This document shows, piece by piece, positions 19,351-29,792 of a DNA stretch of 64,000 bases. Position numbers and translations under genes: made by a program. The notes under the pieces are model-generated. The model was not told the origin of the DNA, did not search any database, and was given only the letters and a program-made list of their open reading frames with translations. Source of the DNA: Candidatus Hodarchaeota archaeon (GTDB lineage Archaea; Asgardarchaeota; Lokiarchaeia; Sigyniarchaeales; SOKP01); the NCBI GenBank assembly GCA_048886685.1, contig JBHLKM010000018.1, positions 36,324-100,323 on the forward strand, written 5' to 3'. Position 1 is the stretch's first letter; each line of letters begins with the position of its first letter.

Positions 19351-20334
19351 ATGAGTAATCAAAATAAAACCAACACTTCTTTTTTTTTTGCTGGGCATGT
19401 TGCTGTAGATAATGTTATTAGATATAGACGCTTAGGTAAAGCTACTTTGGGAGGCAGCGTTTGCTATGGCTCTTTAGCTCTAAGAACCTATACTCAAGAT
19501 GGTAAAATAAGTATTATCTCACATATAGGTAAAAAAAATTTTAGCAAATCTTTGTTGGGTATTATAAAAAATAGAAATATTGATTTGAGAGGGGTAAAAT
19601 ATTCTGATGTAGAAAATACTAATTTTATTTTAGATTATTTCGATCACAATAGAACCTTAACTCTCAAATCAAGAAGTCCAGATCTTGAATTTAATGATAT
19701 TCCACAAGGTTACCTAAATAGTTCACCTGACATTGTTATTTTAGCCCCATTATGCAATGAAATTTCATTTGAGTATGTTTTGCAAATATCAAAACAATTT
19801 CCGAGTGTATATATTGGGATTGATTTGCAAGGATTTATCCGTAATATTGATGACAATGGAAAAGTTTCCTATGTTTATAAGAATCAAAATATTGCAAATC
19901 TCAAAAAAATAATAGAAATAATTGGAGATAGATTGATACTTAAAGGATCAGAAGAAGAAATGAAACTTTTAGCAAATAAGCATGATGATCTTTACGAGGT
20001 AATGAAATTTTTTGAAGTTTTTGATACAAATGGAATATTCATAATGACTTTGGGAGATCAAGGCTCAATGCTTTATAGAAAAGGAAAAACAATCTTGAAA
20101 ATCCCCGCATTTAGACCAAAAAAAGTGAATGACGAAACTGGAGCAGGAGATGTCTATTTTTCGATATTTTTATATGAATTTTCCCTCTCTGATAAATCCT
20201 GGGATTCAATTAAAAAAGTAGCTTTGCTAGCATCCGCAGCTGCTTCATTTTTAGTAGAAAAAAAGGGACCATCTGGTTTTGCATTAAAAAAGAAAGTATT
20301 AAAAAGAGTAGAAAGAAAAGATTATTTCAAATAG
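19351..20334 (+). CDS. PfkB/ribokinase family carbohydrate kinase
   Basis: GHVAVD, LGGSVCYG, MTLGDQGS, DETGAGDVY. Confidence 0.9.
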   Translation: MSNQNKTNTSFFFAGHVAVDNVIRYRRLGKATLGGSVCYGSLALRTYTQDGKISIISHIGKKNFSKSLLGIIKNRNIDLRGVKYSDVENTNFILDYFDHNRTLTLKSRSPDLEFNDIPQGYLNSSPDIVILAPLCNEISFEYVLQISKQFPSVYIGIDLQGFIRNIDDNGKVSYVYKNQNIANLKKIIEIIGDRLILKGSEEEMKLLANKHDDLYEVMKFFEVFDTNGIFIMTLGDQGSMLYRKGKTILKIPAFRPKKVNDETGAGDVYFSIFLYEFSLSDKSWDSIKKVALLASAAASFLVEKKGPSGFALKKKVLKRVERKDYFK

Positions 20335-20343
20335 AATAGGTGG

Positions 20344-20940
20344 ATGTTCATACATATAAATTTACATTTTGCTATTGGAATAATTATTGCTTCAATCTCA
20401 AAAGAAGTTCTAAAGCTTAACTTTCTGGAATTTTTTTTAATAGTATTATTCGCCTTTGTGTGTGATTTTGATATCTTTTTATCAAAGTATGCATTAGATA
20501 ACAATCATAGAATGCTGATTACTCATTCCATTATCCCTGGAGTAGTTATTACCATTTTAGGATTAATACTTAATTGGACCGTTTTGATAATTAGTGGTCT
20601 TAGTTATTCAATTCATATTATCATTGACACCCTTGATTGGGGTACTAATTTCTTTTACTTTCAAAAGAAACAAGTAGGACTCAAATTATTAATCACAAAA
20701 GAAGAATTTAACAATATATCTAGATATTTATCTCAATTTAAAAGACCAGAATCCTTTTTTGATAAAAAATATTACGGAAATGTCGCTTGTGTAATAACAG
20801 AAATACTGATTTTCGTTCTAATGATATTATTTATCACATTATTTGCGTTAAAATACTTATTCACTACCACTATTTATTTTCTCTTTCTTGCGTTCCATCT
20901 GCAACGTCATTTCAATTTGAAAAAAATTGAATCAAACTAA
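20344..20940 (+). CDS. membrane-bound metal-dependent hydrolase-like protein (YdjM-like)
   Basis: TM helices with H, DFD, NHRMLITHS and SIHIIIDTLD motifs. Confidence 0.65.
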   Translation: MFIHINLHFAIGIIIASISKEVLKLNFLEFFLIVLFAFVCDFDIFLSKYALDNNHRMLITHSIIPGVVITILGLILNWTVLIISGLSYSIHIIIDTLDWGTNFFYFQKKQVGLKLLITKEEFNNISRYLSQFKRPESFFDKKYYGNVACVITEILIFVLMILFITLFALKYLFTTTIYFLFLAFHLQRHFNLKKIESN

Positions 20941-21027
20941 GTGGAAAGATATTAAATTCTTTTCATATAATAAAAAATAAACATTAAGTATTTCTATTGA
21001 AATAAATTCAAATCTAACTAAATATAG

Positions 21028-21504
21028 GTGATTATTATATCAAATGATATTAAAACTAAAGTTGGGATTAAATTAGATGAAGCTGAATCTCAAATGATAT
21101 TTAAATGCGATTTAGGAGATATGAAGGTCAAGGATTGTTATATTGATGAAGAACATCCCGAAGAAATTGATATGGTTGGGCCTAATCCCTCAAGACTACT
21201 AGCTTTGGGTATATTAGGATGTTTAAGTGCAAGCTTTATTTTTTGTTTAAAAAAGCGGAACTTTAAGGTAGATGATTTTACAGCAGAAGCAGAAGTTGTA
21301 ATTGCCCGCAATGAGAAAGAATTTCTGAGAGTTAAAAAAATTGATGTTAATATAGTACCAAAAATATCAGATTCAAATGCACTTAAAAGAGCAAAACAAT
21401 GCTTAAAATCTGTTAAAGACGGTGCAAGTTTCTTTGAACAATATTGTATTGTTACACAATCAGTAAGATCTGGCATTGAAGTAAATGTAAATCTTAATCT
21501 ATAA
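21028..21504 (+). CDS. OsmC/Ohr family protein (true start may be ATA 21037)
   Basis: GPNPSRLL..LGCLSAS...QYCIVTQSV (two conserved Cys). Confidence 0.85.
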   Translation: MIIISNDIKTKVGIKLDEAESQMIFKCDLGDMKVKDCYIDEEHPEEIDMVGPNPSRLLALGILGCLSASFIFCLKKRNFKVDDFTAEAEVVIARNEKEFLRVKKIDVNIVPKISDSNALKRAKQCLKSVKDGASFFEQYCIVTQSVRSGIEVNVNLNL

Positions 21505-21544
21505 TTAAAATTTATCATTATAAAAAATCCAGAGATGATTTTAT

Positions 21545-21982
21545 ATGCCAGACGAGTTGAAAACTAAAGTTGGTTTAAAACAAGAAGAAGAAATGATTTT
21601 TAAATGTGAACTTGGCAACCTTAAAATGGATAATCTCTATATTGATGAAAGGAATAAAAAAGAAGTCGAAAAAATAGGATCTTCTCCTACAAAATTATTA
21701 GCTTCGTCTGTTCTAGGTTGTTTAGCTGCAAGTTTTTCATTTTGTCTACAGAAGAAAAATTTTTCATTATCGGGATTTGAAGGAAAAGCTGAAGTTACAA
21801 TTGCCAGAAATGACAAAGGATATTGGAGAGTTAGGAATATTAATATAGAACTGAACCCAAAAATTGATACTCCTGAAATGCGTAAAAGGGCAGATCAATG
21901 TGAGAAATTTTTCGAGCAATATTGCATTATTTCAGAATCGTTAAGAACCGGATTCGAAGTAAATGTTAATCTAAAATATTAG
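21545..21982 (+). CDS. OsmC/Ohr family protein (tandem paralogue)
   Basis: GSSPTKLL..LGCLAAS...QYCIISESL. Confidence 0.85.
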   Translation: MPDELKTKVGLKQEEEMIFKCELGNLKMDNLYIDERNKKEVEKIGSSPTKLLASSVLGCLAASFSFCLQKKNFSLSGFEGKAEVTIARNDKGYWRVRNINIELNPKIDTPEMRKRADQCEKFFEQYCIISESLRTGFEVNVNLKY

Positions 21983-22031
21983 TTCTGGCATTTTTATTAA
22001 GTTCTCTGAAAATTAGTAGAATTATTCGGAT

Positions 22032-23069
22032 TTAATCCTTTATCCCTTCTTCAGTTATAGTAAAGACAGTATCACTCTCAGGAATATTCGGAGCATCAAC
22101 AACTTTCGCAATTCGTTGTTCTCCTTTTCCTTTCCTTAAGAATATCCGAATAGTAGCCCCATGAGCTACAACATGCCCGCCTGTATGTGTTAATGGATTA
22201 CCATAGAACACGTCCGGTTTAGCAGATACCTGATTTGTATAAACAACAACCATCTCGTCATATACTTCAGATAATCTTAATAAATCATGGATGTGTGTAT
22301 TCATAATTTGTTGACGAGATGCTAAAGTTCCTCTTCCAATATACTCACTACGAAAATGACCTATTAAGGAATCCACGATCACCAATTTGATGTTTTTTTT
22401 ATCAATTATTCGTGGGGCTTCTCTGATTAAAACAATTTGATGATCACTATTATAGGCTCTACCAATGGTAATATTTCTTAAAATCTCATTATAGTCCAGA
22501 TCTAAGGCAGTTGCCATCTGGATAATCCTTTCTGGCCGAAAAGTCCCTTCCGTATCAATATAGAGAGCATTTCCTTCAAGACCTCCACTTTCGTATTGTA
22601 GTTGTACATTCACACATAGTTGATGAGCTAACTGTGTTTTTCCCGTACGATACTCTCCAAAAAGTTCAGTTACTGCCCCAGGTTCAATGCCTCCTCCTAC
22701 TAATTCATCAAGATTTTGACTTCCTGTGGTTAATTTATTTAATAATTTACGTTTTTCCCAAATTAAATCAGCTGATTTGAATCCCATTTTCTCTACATCT
22801 TGAGCTGTTTTAACTAATTTTTCTGCTGTTTTTATACCTAAACCTACTTCATCGGTTAGTTTAGTTAAGGGATACATTGCAAGTGTTCTAACTGATAAGA
22901 TTCCAGCATCTTTTAACTTTTTTATGGTTGCATCTCCAACTCCAGGCAGATCTTTTAAACTATAAGAAGATTTTGGTAAGGATTCTTTATCTTGACTATC
23001 TTTATCTAAACTACCTTTTTTTTTTGCCATCACTGAATATAAAGAATCGCTACTATTTGAATTACTCAT
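22032..23069 (-). CDS. radA: DNA repair and recombination protein RadA
   Basis: N-terminal HhH (DLPGVG), GEYRTGKTQ, YIDTEGTFRPER, VIVDSL, FRSEYIGRGTLASRQ. Confidence 0.95.
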   Translation of the reverse strand: MSNSNSSDSLYSVMAKKKGSLDKDSQDKESLPKSSYSLKDLPGVGDATIKKLKDAGILSVRTLAMYPLTKLTDEVGLGIKTAEKLVKTAQDVEKMGFKSADLIWEKRKLLNKLTTGSQNLDELVGGGIEPGAVTELFGEYRTGKTQLAHQLCVNVQLQYESGGLEGNALYIDTEGTFRPERIIQMATALDLDYNEILRNITIGRAYNSDHQIVLIREAPRIIDKKNIKLVIVDSLIGHFRSEYIGRGTLASRQQIMNTHIHDLLRLSEVYDEMVVVYTNQVSAKPDVFYGNPLTHTGGHVVAHGATIRIFLRKGKGEQRIAKVVDAPNIPESDTVFTITEEGIKD

Positions 23070-23128
23070 AAAGTATTATTATATTATGAAATAAGTATAA
23101 AAATAAAAATAAAAAAGTAATAGAAGTT

Positions 23129-23800
23129 CTATTTTATTTCTTTACCAGACCTAGTGATGAGAAGCAGAATAATAAACAGAATCACTGAAAATAGAAATGT
23201 CAATAAACCTACAGGGGTTTCAGTGCCCCCAATCCAGATAAAATCTAAATACAAGAAAGGCAAGATGAATATCGCAACAAACACGAATAAAATTGGTAAC
23301 GGCGCCTCCTCATCTTTAATATCAAGAATTAACGGTACAATAATAAGGATTATCATTAATGTAGCTGCGAGCTTGAATCCTAATGCGACACCCTCTCTAA
23401 AAATTGCTGAATGAACATTTGGTAACCAAAAATATCCAACCCTTTCAGTATAAGTTTTCAAATCAGAATCTATTTCTGGTAAAATTGCACTTGCAATTAG
23501 TTGAACAAGGATCCCTAAAGTAAGGTACAATAGAATTTCATTAATTTCTTTATCCTTTTTTAAATAAACTGCAATAGTATCACGTAATAAAGTAACAATC
23601 CACAAGCCAAAAAGGATAATATATGCGAAGAGAACATCATATCCTAATCCCCAATAGATATTTACAGGAATGACCGCAACTATATAGGCGAGATACCCGG
23701 CCTTCTCATTCCTACCGAATAAATCAAATGCAAGGAAAACGGCATATATGATAAAAAAAGTTGTTATAATTATAATCGAACTAGCATCAACTTCTACCAT
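23129..23800 (-). CDS. hypothetical polytopic membrane protein
   Basis: About 7 hydrophobic segments; no family recognised. Confidence 0.7.
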   Translation of the reverse strand: MVEVDASSIIIITTFFIIYAVFLAFDLFGRNEKAGYLAYIVAVIPVNIYWGLGYDVLFAYIILFGLWIVTLLRDTIAVYLKKDKEINEILLYLTLGILVQLIASAILPEIDSDLKTYTERVGYFWLPNVHSAIFREGVALGFKLAATLMIILIIVPLILDIKDEEAPLPILFVFVAIFILPFLYLDFIWIGGTETPVGLLTFLFSVILFIILLLITRSGKEIK

Positions 23801-23889
23801 AATATCATCTTTTACTTGTTCTTAAGTTAATTTTTTATTATTATATAATTAGTTCTATTTTTTTTAAATTTTTAATTCTTAATGGAAAA

Positions 23890-25278
23890 TTAGAGTTTTG
23901 AAATTATTTTTTCCAATTTATCGATCATTTTTTGTGCAGTATTTTTATCTTCAGACTCAGCAGATAAAAGTATTGCATCCCTATGTAACGCTACTTTAAT
24001 TAAAGCATAACAATTATTATCTATTATTTTTAATTCGTTGATTATATCATGATATTTATATCCTGTTTCCTCCGCTACTTCCCTTAATCGATTATGTATG
24101 TTATCAATAAGATCTGGTGAGATTGGTATTGTTTTGTTTATCTTTGTACCTTTGGGAAAACCCCTAGTCAATGAACTTAAAAGATCTTCTTGTTTTGTCA
24201 TAATCTCAAGTATTTTTAGTAGTATAAAGTTTCCATCACTGAAAGGTGCGAACTCTGGAAAGTAAAACTTAAGAGTATCTGCTGCAGCAAAACAGGCACG
24301 TTCTTCTCTAATTTGCCTTGAAATTTCTCCTGGAAAATTTTCAACTTCCTTAATTGGAAACCCACCATCCGCAATAAAATCCCTGACAACAGGAGGGAGT
24401 GATGGTGTTGTTAAAATTGTATTTGCTTTAGAATTTTGTATGCGTTTATCAAATGATACGAATAACATCAGTAAATCTTCAAAACTTATCTCCAACCCAT
24501 TCTCGTCAACAACCAATATTCTTGAGCCATCAACATCAAAACACACTCCAAGATGACTATTTGAAGCTTTAACAATATCAGCGGTGTTCCTAATTGTATT
24601 GATACTTGGAACTGGGCTTGAAGATCTTTCACGATAATGGGTATTTAATGCAATCACTTCAACGCCAATATCATTTATTAAAAGAGGTGTGATCTTACCT
24701 GTAGGCCCATATGAACAATCTACAACAATTTTTAAATTTGCCTTTTTTATATTCTTCTTATCTACAAATTGTTGCAATGATTTAATATATATATCAGCAG
24801 TTTGAGGAATCGCAGTTATTTGCCCTATTTCATTAGGATCTACACGTCGTACTTTTCTCGGGTAGGTATTATAAGAGTTTATTATCTTTTGAATCTCACT
24901 TTGCGAAAGCTCAATCCCTCCGGCATCTAAAAATCTAATGCCCACATCTTCGCTATATAAATGGCCTCCTGAAAAATAAACGCCACCACTAGCTCCAAAA
25001 CGCCTAATTGTAAATTGTAATAAAGGAAATGTACAATCTGATAAATTTAAGAGATTTATTCCTGTAGACATCAACCCTGAAGTATAAGCTCTTTTTAACA
25101 TTCTGCTATCATTATGATAATCTCTCCCCATAACAATAGACTCATTTTGATTAAATATACTACCATGAATAGATCCAATTGAGCTTGATATTTCTGGTGT
25201 GAAAATATAATTTGCTCTACCTATAATTCTTCCATTCTTATTTAACTCATTAAGGTTCTTTATTTGAAGATGCTCCAT
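23890..25278 (-). CDS. phosphoglucomutase/phosphomannomutase-fold protein, probably catalytically inactive
   Basis: GRDYHNDSRMLKRA, VVDCSYG, FDVDGSR; catalytic TASHN loop replaced by SGGHL. Confidence 0.85.
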   Translation of the reverse strand: MEHLQIKNLNELNKNGRIIGRANYIFTPEISSSIGSIHGSIFNQNESIVMGRDYHNDSRMLKRAYTSGLMSTGINLLNLSDCTFPLLQFTIRRFGASGGVYFSGGHLYSEDVGIRFLDAGGIELSQSEIQKIINSYNTYPRKVRRVDPNEIGQITAIPQTADIYIKSLQQFVDKKNIKKANLKIVVDCSYGPTGKITPLLINDIGVEVIALNTHYRERSSSPVPSINTIRNTADIVKASNSHLGVCFDVDGSRILVVDENGLEISFEDLLMLFVSFDKRIQNSKANTILTTPSLPPVVRDFIADGGFPIKEVENFPGEISRQIREERACFAAADTLKFYFPEFAPFSDGNFILLKILEIMTKQEDLLSSLTRGFPKGTKINKTIPISPDLIDNIHNRLREVAEETGYKYHDIINELKIIDNNCYALIKVALHRDAILLSAESEDKNTAQKMIDKLEKIISKL

Positions 25279-25470
25279 TTATTATAACTTTTTTGAATTT
25301 ACGATTAATTTTCTATTGGAAATTGTATATTATACCTAACTAGACTAGAATATATAACTTTACCGATTTTTAAAAATTATCGTTTTCTTTTTAGTATATA
25401 AGATATGAAAAATTATATACAAACAAGAAATTCTCCTGAATTAAATAATAATTGGAATTTATAAGGTATT

Positions 25471-27189
25471 ATGATTGAAATTGGTAGTTATTGTCTAGTG
25501 TTACATGCTCATTTACCATGGGTTTTGGGACATGGTATATGGCCTCATGGAATGGATTGGGTTAATGAAGCTGCAGCTGAGACATATATTCCACTTCTTA
25601 TGGAATTATATAAATTAGTTGATGATGGGTATCATCCCAAGCTTACTATTGGTCTCACACCAGTATTATGTGAAATGCTCCGTCATCCTAGATTTATTGA
25701 TGGATTCTTAGGGTATCTGGACGAGAAATATAATGCTGCTGTCCATGATTATAATGATTTTACAGAAAATAGATATGAAGAGGGAAGGATCAAATTAACA
25801 AAATGGTGGCAAGAGTTTTATTCCCGAGTGAAGGAAGATTTTATACATCGATATAATAAAGATATCATAGGTGCTTTTAAAAATCTACAGGATATGGAAC
25901 TTTTAGATATTTTAACATGTGGAGCTACTCATGGATATGCACCACTTCTTTCTAAAGAAACCTCTATAGATGCTCAATTTAAAACAGCTGTTGATAACTA
26001 TAAAAGGCATTTTGGAAGAACTCCTACAGGTGCTTGGTTACCTGAGTGTGCGTACCGTCCAGGATATCGATGGAAAAACCCTATAACAGGTGAAGAATAC
26101 AATCGTCCTGGTGTGGAATATTTTCTTGCGAAAAATGGTTTGAAATACTTTTTTATTGATACTGCATTACTACTAGGAGGAAAATCACAGGGAGTTTACG
26201 CTGCTCGGTTTCCTTTGCTTGCAGAGCTTTGGAAGCAGTTTGAATCCCAATATGAAGAAATCCCTATTTCATTTGAAAAATCTCCATATGAACCATATTT
26301 AGTGTCAACTGATCCCAGCACTCCTGGTCCTATTGGATTTTTTACTAGAGATGAAAAAACTGGAATAGTGGTATGGAGTGGAGAACATGGATATCCTGGT
26401 TGTGCAGAATATCTTGATTTTCATAAGAAGCACTATCCTGGAGGGCTTCGATACTGGAAAGTCACGGAAGCTAAGCTAGATTTAGGAAAGAAAATGTTAT
26501 ACTGGCCAGATGATGTTCCCGGGAAACTAGATGAAAATGGAGGGCATTATATAAATCTGATTAAAGATATTTTAAGAGATTTTAAAAATAACTTTGGGAG
26601 GAAAGGTATAGTTGTAGCCCCATATGATGCAGAATTGTTTGGTCATTGGTGGTTTGAAGGTAATTGGTGGTTATCGAGAGTTCTTCGATGGGTAGAAGAT
26701 GACCCAGAAATTGACTTGACAAATACAAGAATATACTTAGAAAATAATCCCCCAAATAAAGTTGTAAGTGTGATTGAGGGATCTTGGGGTCAAGCCTCAT
26801 CTCATTGGGTATGGCTTAACGAATGGACAACATGGACGTGGGAAAGAATTTATGAATGTGAAGCTAAGAGTGAAGAGATTATAGCTAAACATAAAAACTC
26901 ACATGATCCTAATTTAATAAAGATTCTTAAACAAATAGCAAGAGAATTATTGCTACTACAAAGTAGCGATTGGCAATTTTTAATTACAACATGGTCTGCC
27001 CGTGATTACGCAGAAAATAGAGTTGCTTTACATTATGAAAATTTTAATAGGCTCTATAATATGGCAAATACGTATGCAAGTGGTCAAAATGTTGATGAGG
27101 GAGAGTGGCACTTTTTAGGTACAATAGAAGCGAATGATGGATTATTTAAAGCTTTAGATCTTGAACCGTTCGCAAAAAGTAAGATATAA
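25471..27189 (+). CDS. GH57 1,4-alpha-glucan branching enzyme (DUF1957)
   Basis: LVLHAHLPW, ETYIPL, ATHGYAPL, WLPECAY (nucleophile), PYDAELFGHWWFEG (acid/base), LLLQSSDWQF. Confidence 0.92.
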   Translation: MIEIGSYCLVLHAHLPWVLGHGIWPHGMDWVNEAAAETYIPLLMELYKLVDDGYHPKLTIGLTPVLCEMLRHPRFIDGFLGYLDEKYNAAVHDYNDFTENRYEEGRIKLTKWWQEFYSRVKEDFIHRYNKDIIGAFKNLQDMELLDILTCGATHGYAPLLSKETSIDAQFKTAVDNYKRHFGRTPTGAWLPECAYRPGYRWKNPITGEEYNRPGVEYFLAKNGLKYFFIDTALLLGGKSQGVYAARFPLLAELWKQFESQYEEIPISFEKSPYEPYLVSTDPSTPGPIGFFTRDEKTGIVVWSGEHGYPGCAEYLDFHKKHYPGGLRYWKVTEAKLDLGKKMLYWPDDVPGKLDENGGHYINLIKDILRDFKNNFGRKGIVVAPYDAELFGHWWFEGNWWLSRVLRWVEDDPEIDLTNTRIYLENNPPNKVVSVIEGSWGQASSHWVWLNEWTTWTWERIYECEAKSEEIIAKHKNSHDPNLIKILKQIARELLLLQSSDWQFLITTWSARDYAENRVALHYENFNRLYNMANTYASGQNVDEGEWHFLGTIEANDGLFKALDLEPFAKSKI

Positions 27190-27191
27190 AT

Positions 27192-27209
27192 TGGTGAGTT
27201 GCTTCACCA
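27192..27209 (+). terminator. short hairpin just after the GH57 stop (possible terminator or stabiliser)
   Basis: TGGTGA-gttgct-TCACCA starting 3 nt after the stop, followed by T-rich sequence. Confidence 0.35.
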
Positions 27210-27350
27210 CCTAATGTATTAAATTTTATTATGCTTAAGAATTTTATATTTTTGTCTAAAATTTTTATAATATTATTAAGATAGTTTTTTCTTTAGAAAG
27301 CTCAAAACCTAAGTAAAATAAAACTTTCGAATCGAGATTTAAACCTACAG

Positions 27351-28583
27351 GTGGATGATATTTCAAATTCATTTTTGTATAACAAAAAATCAGCAATAAA
27401 TCATGTGAAATCTCTAGCTTTTGGGAGAAAAGTAGGAACTGAAGGAGAAATAAGAACTATTAACTATATTAGAAATAATTTAAAAGAAGAAGGTATAAAA
27501 TTTGAGATAGAACCGTTTTTATTGTTTTCGATTTGGCGTACTTTAAAACTTTATTCGATAGGTATTACTTTTCTAATTTTTGCTGATAGTTTAAGTAGTT
27601 TTTTTATGATTGGATTTTTGCTATTTAAGTTAATGATATTAATCCTTCTGTTCTTTCTTATAAAGCAATTTATAGATTCCACAAATTTAAGTTGGTTAAC
27701 TTTTAAATTAGACAAAGGACAAATCTTTTCAAAACATCCTATTTCACAAAATCTTCTTACAACGGTTATAGCTAAACAAGATCGTAGAAAAAGACCGGTT
27801 GTTATTCTTTGTGCTCATTATGATTCTCTTTCTGTAAATTATAGTGGAAGATCTTTAATTAGTACTAATGTGAGTTTTTTTTTTTACTTTATTGTTTACT
27901 ATCCAATAAATTATTATAGTAATATCTATTTTGCGATAAAATTACTTAATTGTTTAGTAATTTTAGTATATCTAATCTTTCTCCTGACCATCAAAATTGA
28001 TAATCAATCAAAAGGTTCAATAGACAACGCAAGTGGAACTGCTATATTAATCGAGTTATCAAAAATATTTTACAACAAACCGCTTAATAATTTAGATCTA
28101 ATATTCTTATGGACTGGTGCCGAAGAATTAGGATTATGGGGATCTAAAAATTATTGTACAAACAATTTTAAACAGTTAGATAAAAAATACAATCTAAATA
28201 ATTCATATATTATAAATATTGATATGGTCGGATCTTATATTGGATTGGTGGATAATGACAAGTTTTTTAAGAAATCCATCCATAAGGAAAGTCTAAATAA
28301 TTTAATAACAAATATAGCAAGAGAGAAAGAAATTTCTTTAAGAAAAGAAAAAAGTATAATAAAACTTTCGAATGACTATATGGTATTTAGAACTTTTGCT
28401 AAAAAACTAGGAAAAAAACTGCAAATTTGTTCGTTTAATTCAAGAACAGATAAAAAGTTTATACATAGTCCTAAAGATACACCAGAAAAGTGTATTTCAA
28501 AAAATCTTAATGATTGCATAGAGATTTGCTATTTTACATTAAAAAAGATAGACGCCGATTTAGTTAGAACTCCAGATGAATGA
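27351..28583 (+). CDS. membrane-associated M28 family peptidase
   Basis: RKVGTEGE, CAHYDS, GSIDNASG, GAEELGLWGS, NIDMVG, IHSPKD; inserted TM segments. Confidence 0.88.
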   Translation: MDDISNSFLYNKKSAINHVKSLAFGRKVGTEGEIRTINYIRNNLKEEGIKFEIEPFLLFSIWRTLKLYSIGITFLIFADSLSSFFMIGFLLFKLMILILLFFLIKQFIDSTNLSWLTFKLDKGQIFSKHPISQNLLTTVIAKQDRRKRPVVILCAHYDSLSVNYSGRSLISTNVSFFFYFIVYYPINYYSNIYFAIKLLNCLVILVYLIFLLTIKIDNQSKGSIDNASGTAILIELSKIFYNKPLNNLDLIFLWTGAEELGLWGSKNYCTNNFKQLDKKYNLNNSYIINIDMVGSYIGLVDNDKFFKKSIHKESLNNLITNIAREKEISLRKEKSIIKLSNDYMVFRTFAKKLGKKLQICSFNSRTDKKFIHSPKDTPEKCISKNLNDCIEICYFTLKKIDADLVRTPDE

Positions 28584-28609
28584 AAAATTAATATCAAATT
28601 TGATTTTAT

Positions 28610-29779
28610 ATGGGAGAGATATTTAAAAACCTCACTCAAATTAGAGATGTAAAAAAACGACGGGCTTTCCTTGAGAGAAAAGGTCTGAGCAAACCGGAAA
28701 TTGAAAAAATTCTCGAAGAAGTACATATTAAGGTAAAGGGAAAAAAGAAATTCCCAAGAGCAAACTTAATGAAGTTCGATAGGGAGGGTTTAGCCCAAGC
28801 GTCCTCAAAATACGTTGCAGAATATCGAACTTGGAAAATGAGACAAAGATTAGGTCCGATCAACTCATCCCTAGATGTTGGAAGTGGTGTCGGTGGTGAT
28901 ACCATTGCTATGGGAATGCGTTGGAAAGTTTATTCCGTAGAAATAGACCCTTCTACTATGGAAATGTTAAAGCATAATGTAAGTGTTTATAATCTAGAAA
29001 AGAATGTTGATTTTATACTTGGGGATATCTTGAACTTAATTGATGACAAGAAATTTCAAGATAAAATAAAAGAAATTGACTGCATCTTTTTTGACCCAAG
29101 TAGAAGAAGTCAAGGAAAAAGGACTGTAAAGATTGAAGAGTATGATCCTCCTTTAGAATTAGTGGAAAAATTAAAACAATTTTCTGAAAACGTATGTGTA
29201 AAAATAGCCCCTGGAGTTGATCTTTCTTATCTCACTACTTATGATTGTGATATTGAAGTTATCTCTTACAAGGGCGAAGTAAAAGAAACTGTACTATGGT
29301 TTGGCAAATTCAAAATTAAATTAGAAAAAAACTCAATTATAGCAACCAAACTTCCGGAAAAAATAACCTTAATACAAGAGTCACTAGATTACAAAATACC
29401 TATAAGTGAATATAAGAATTATATTTATGAACCTGATCCTGCTTTTATAAAAGCACATTTAATAGGAGATATTGCCAAGAAATATAATTTATTTCAAATG
29501 AGCAACAAAATTGCCTACCTTACAAGCGATTCTTTTATTGACACGCCCATTTTAAAAAGCTATAATGTTCTTGCGTACACAAATTTAGATTATTACTCAA
29601 TCAATGAAAAACTTAATGAATTAAACCTTGGCAAAATGGACTTTAAAGCTCGAGGAGTTTCAATTGACTTGAAACATATTCATAATAAAGTTAGGGGCAC
29701 TGGAAAAAACAGGGGTCTCATCATATTTACAAAAATTTCGAATAAACCATGTGCTATTATATGCAAATACACAAAATAA
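28610..29779 (+). CDS. class I SAM-dependent methyltransferase with C-terminal THUMP-like region
   Basis: LAQAS, LDVGSGVGGD, FFDPSRR, VKIAPG, IYEPDPAFIKA. Confidence 0.85.
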   Translation: MGEIFKNLTQIRDVKKRRAFLERKGLSKPEIEKILEEVHIKVKGKKKFPRANLMKFDREGLAQASSKYVAEYRTWKMRQRLGPINSSLDVGSGVGGDTIAMGMRWKVYSVEIDPSTMEMLKHNVSVYNLEKNVDFILGDILNLIDDKKFQDKIKEIDCIFFDPSRRSQGKRTVKIEEYDPPLELVEKLKQFSENVCVKIAPGVDLSYLTTYDCDIEVISYKGEVKETVLWFGKFKIKLEKNSIIATKLPEKITLIQESLDYKIPISEYKNYIYEPDPAFIKAHLIGDIAKKYNLFQMSNKIAYLTSDSFIDTPILKSYNVLAYTNLDYYSINEKLNELNLGKMDFKARGVSIDLKHIHNKVRGTGKNRGLIIFTKISNKPCAIICKYTK

Positions 29780-29792
29780 TGATTTTTATAAA

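Noticed and set aside
19348-19353. Pyrrolysine/amber read-through fusing the coiled-coil gene to PfkB (TAG ATG in frame), and TAG recoding in general
   Set aside because: PfkB has its own ATG; TAG ends many genes at their expected C-termini (16540, 21982, 49501); no pyl genes in the window
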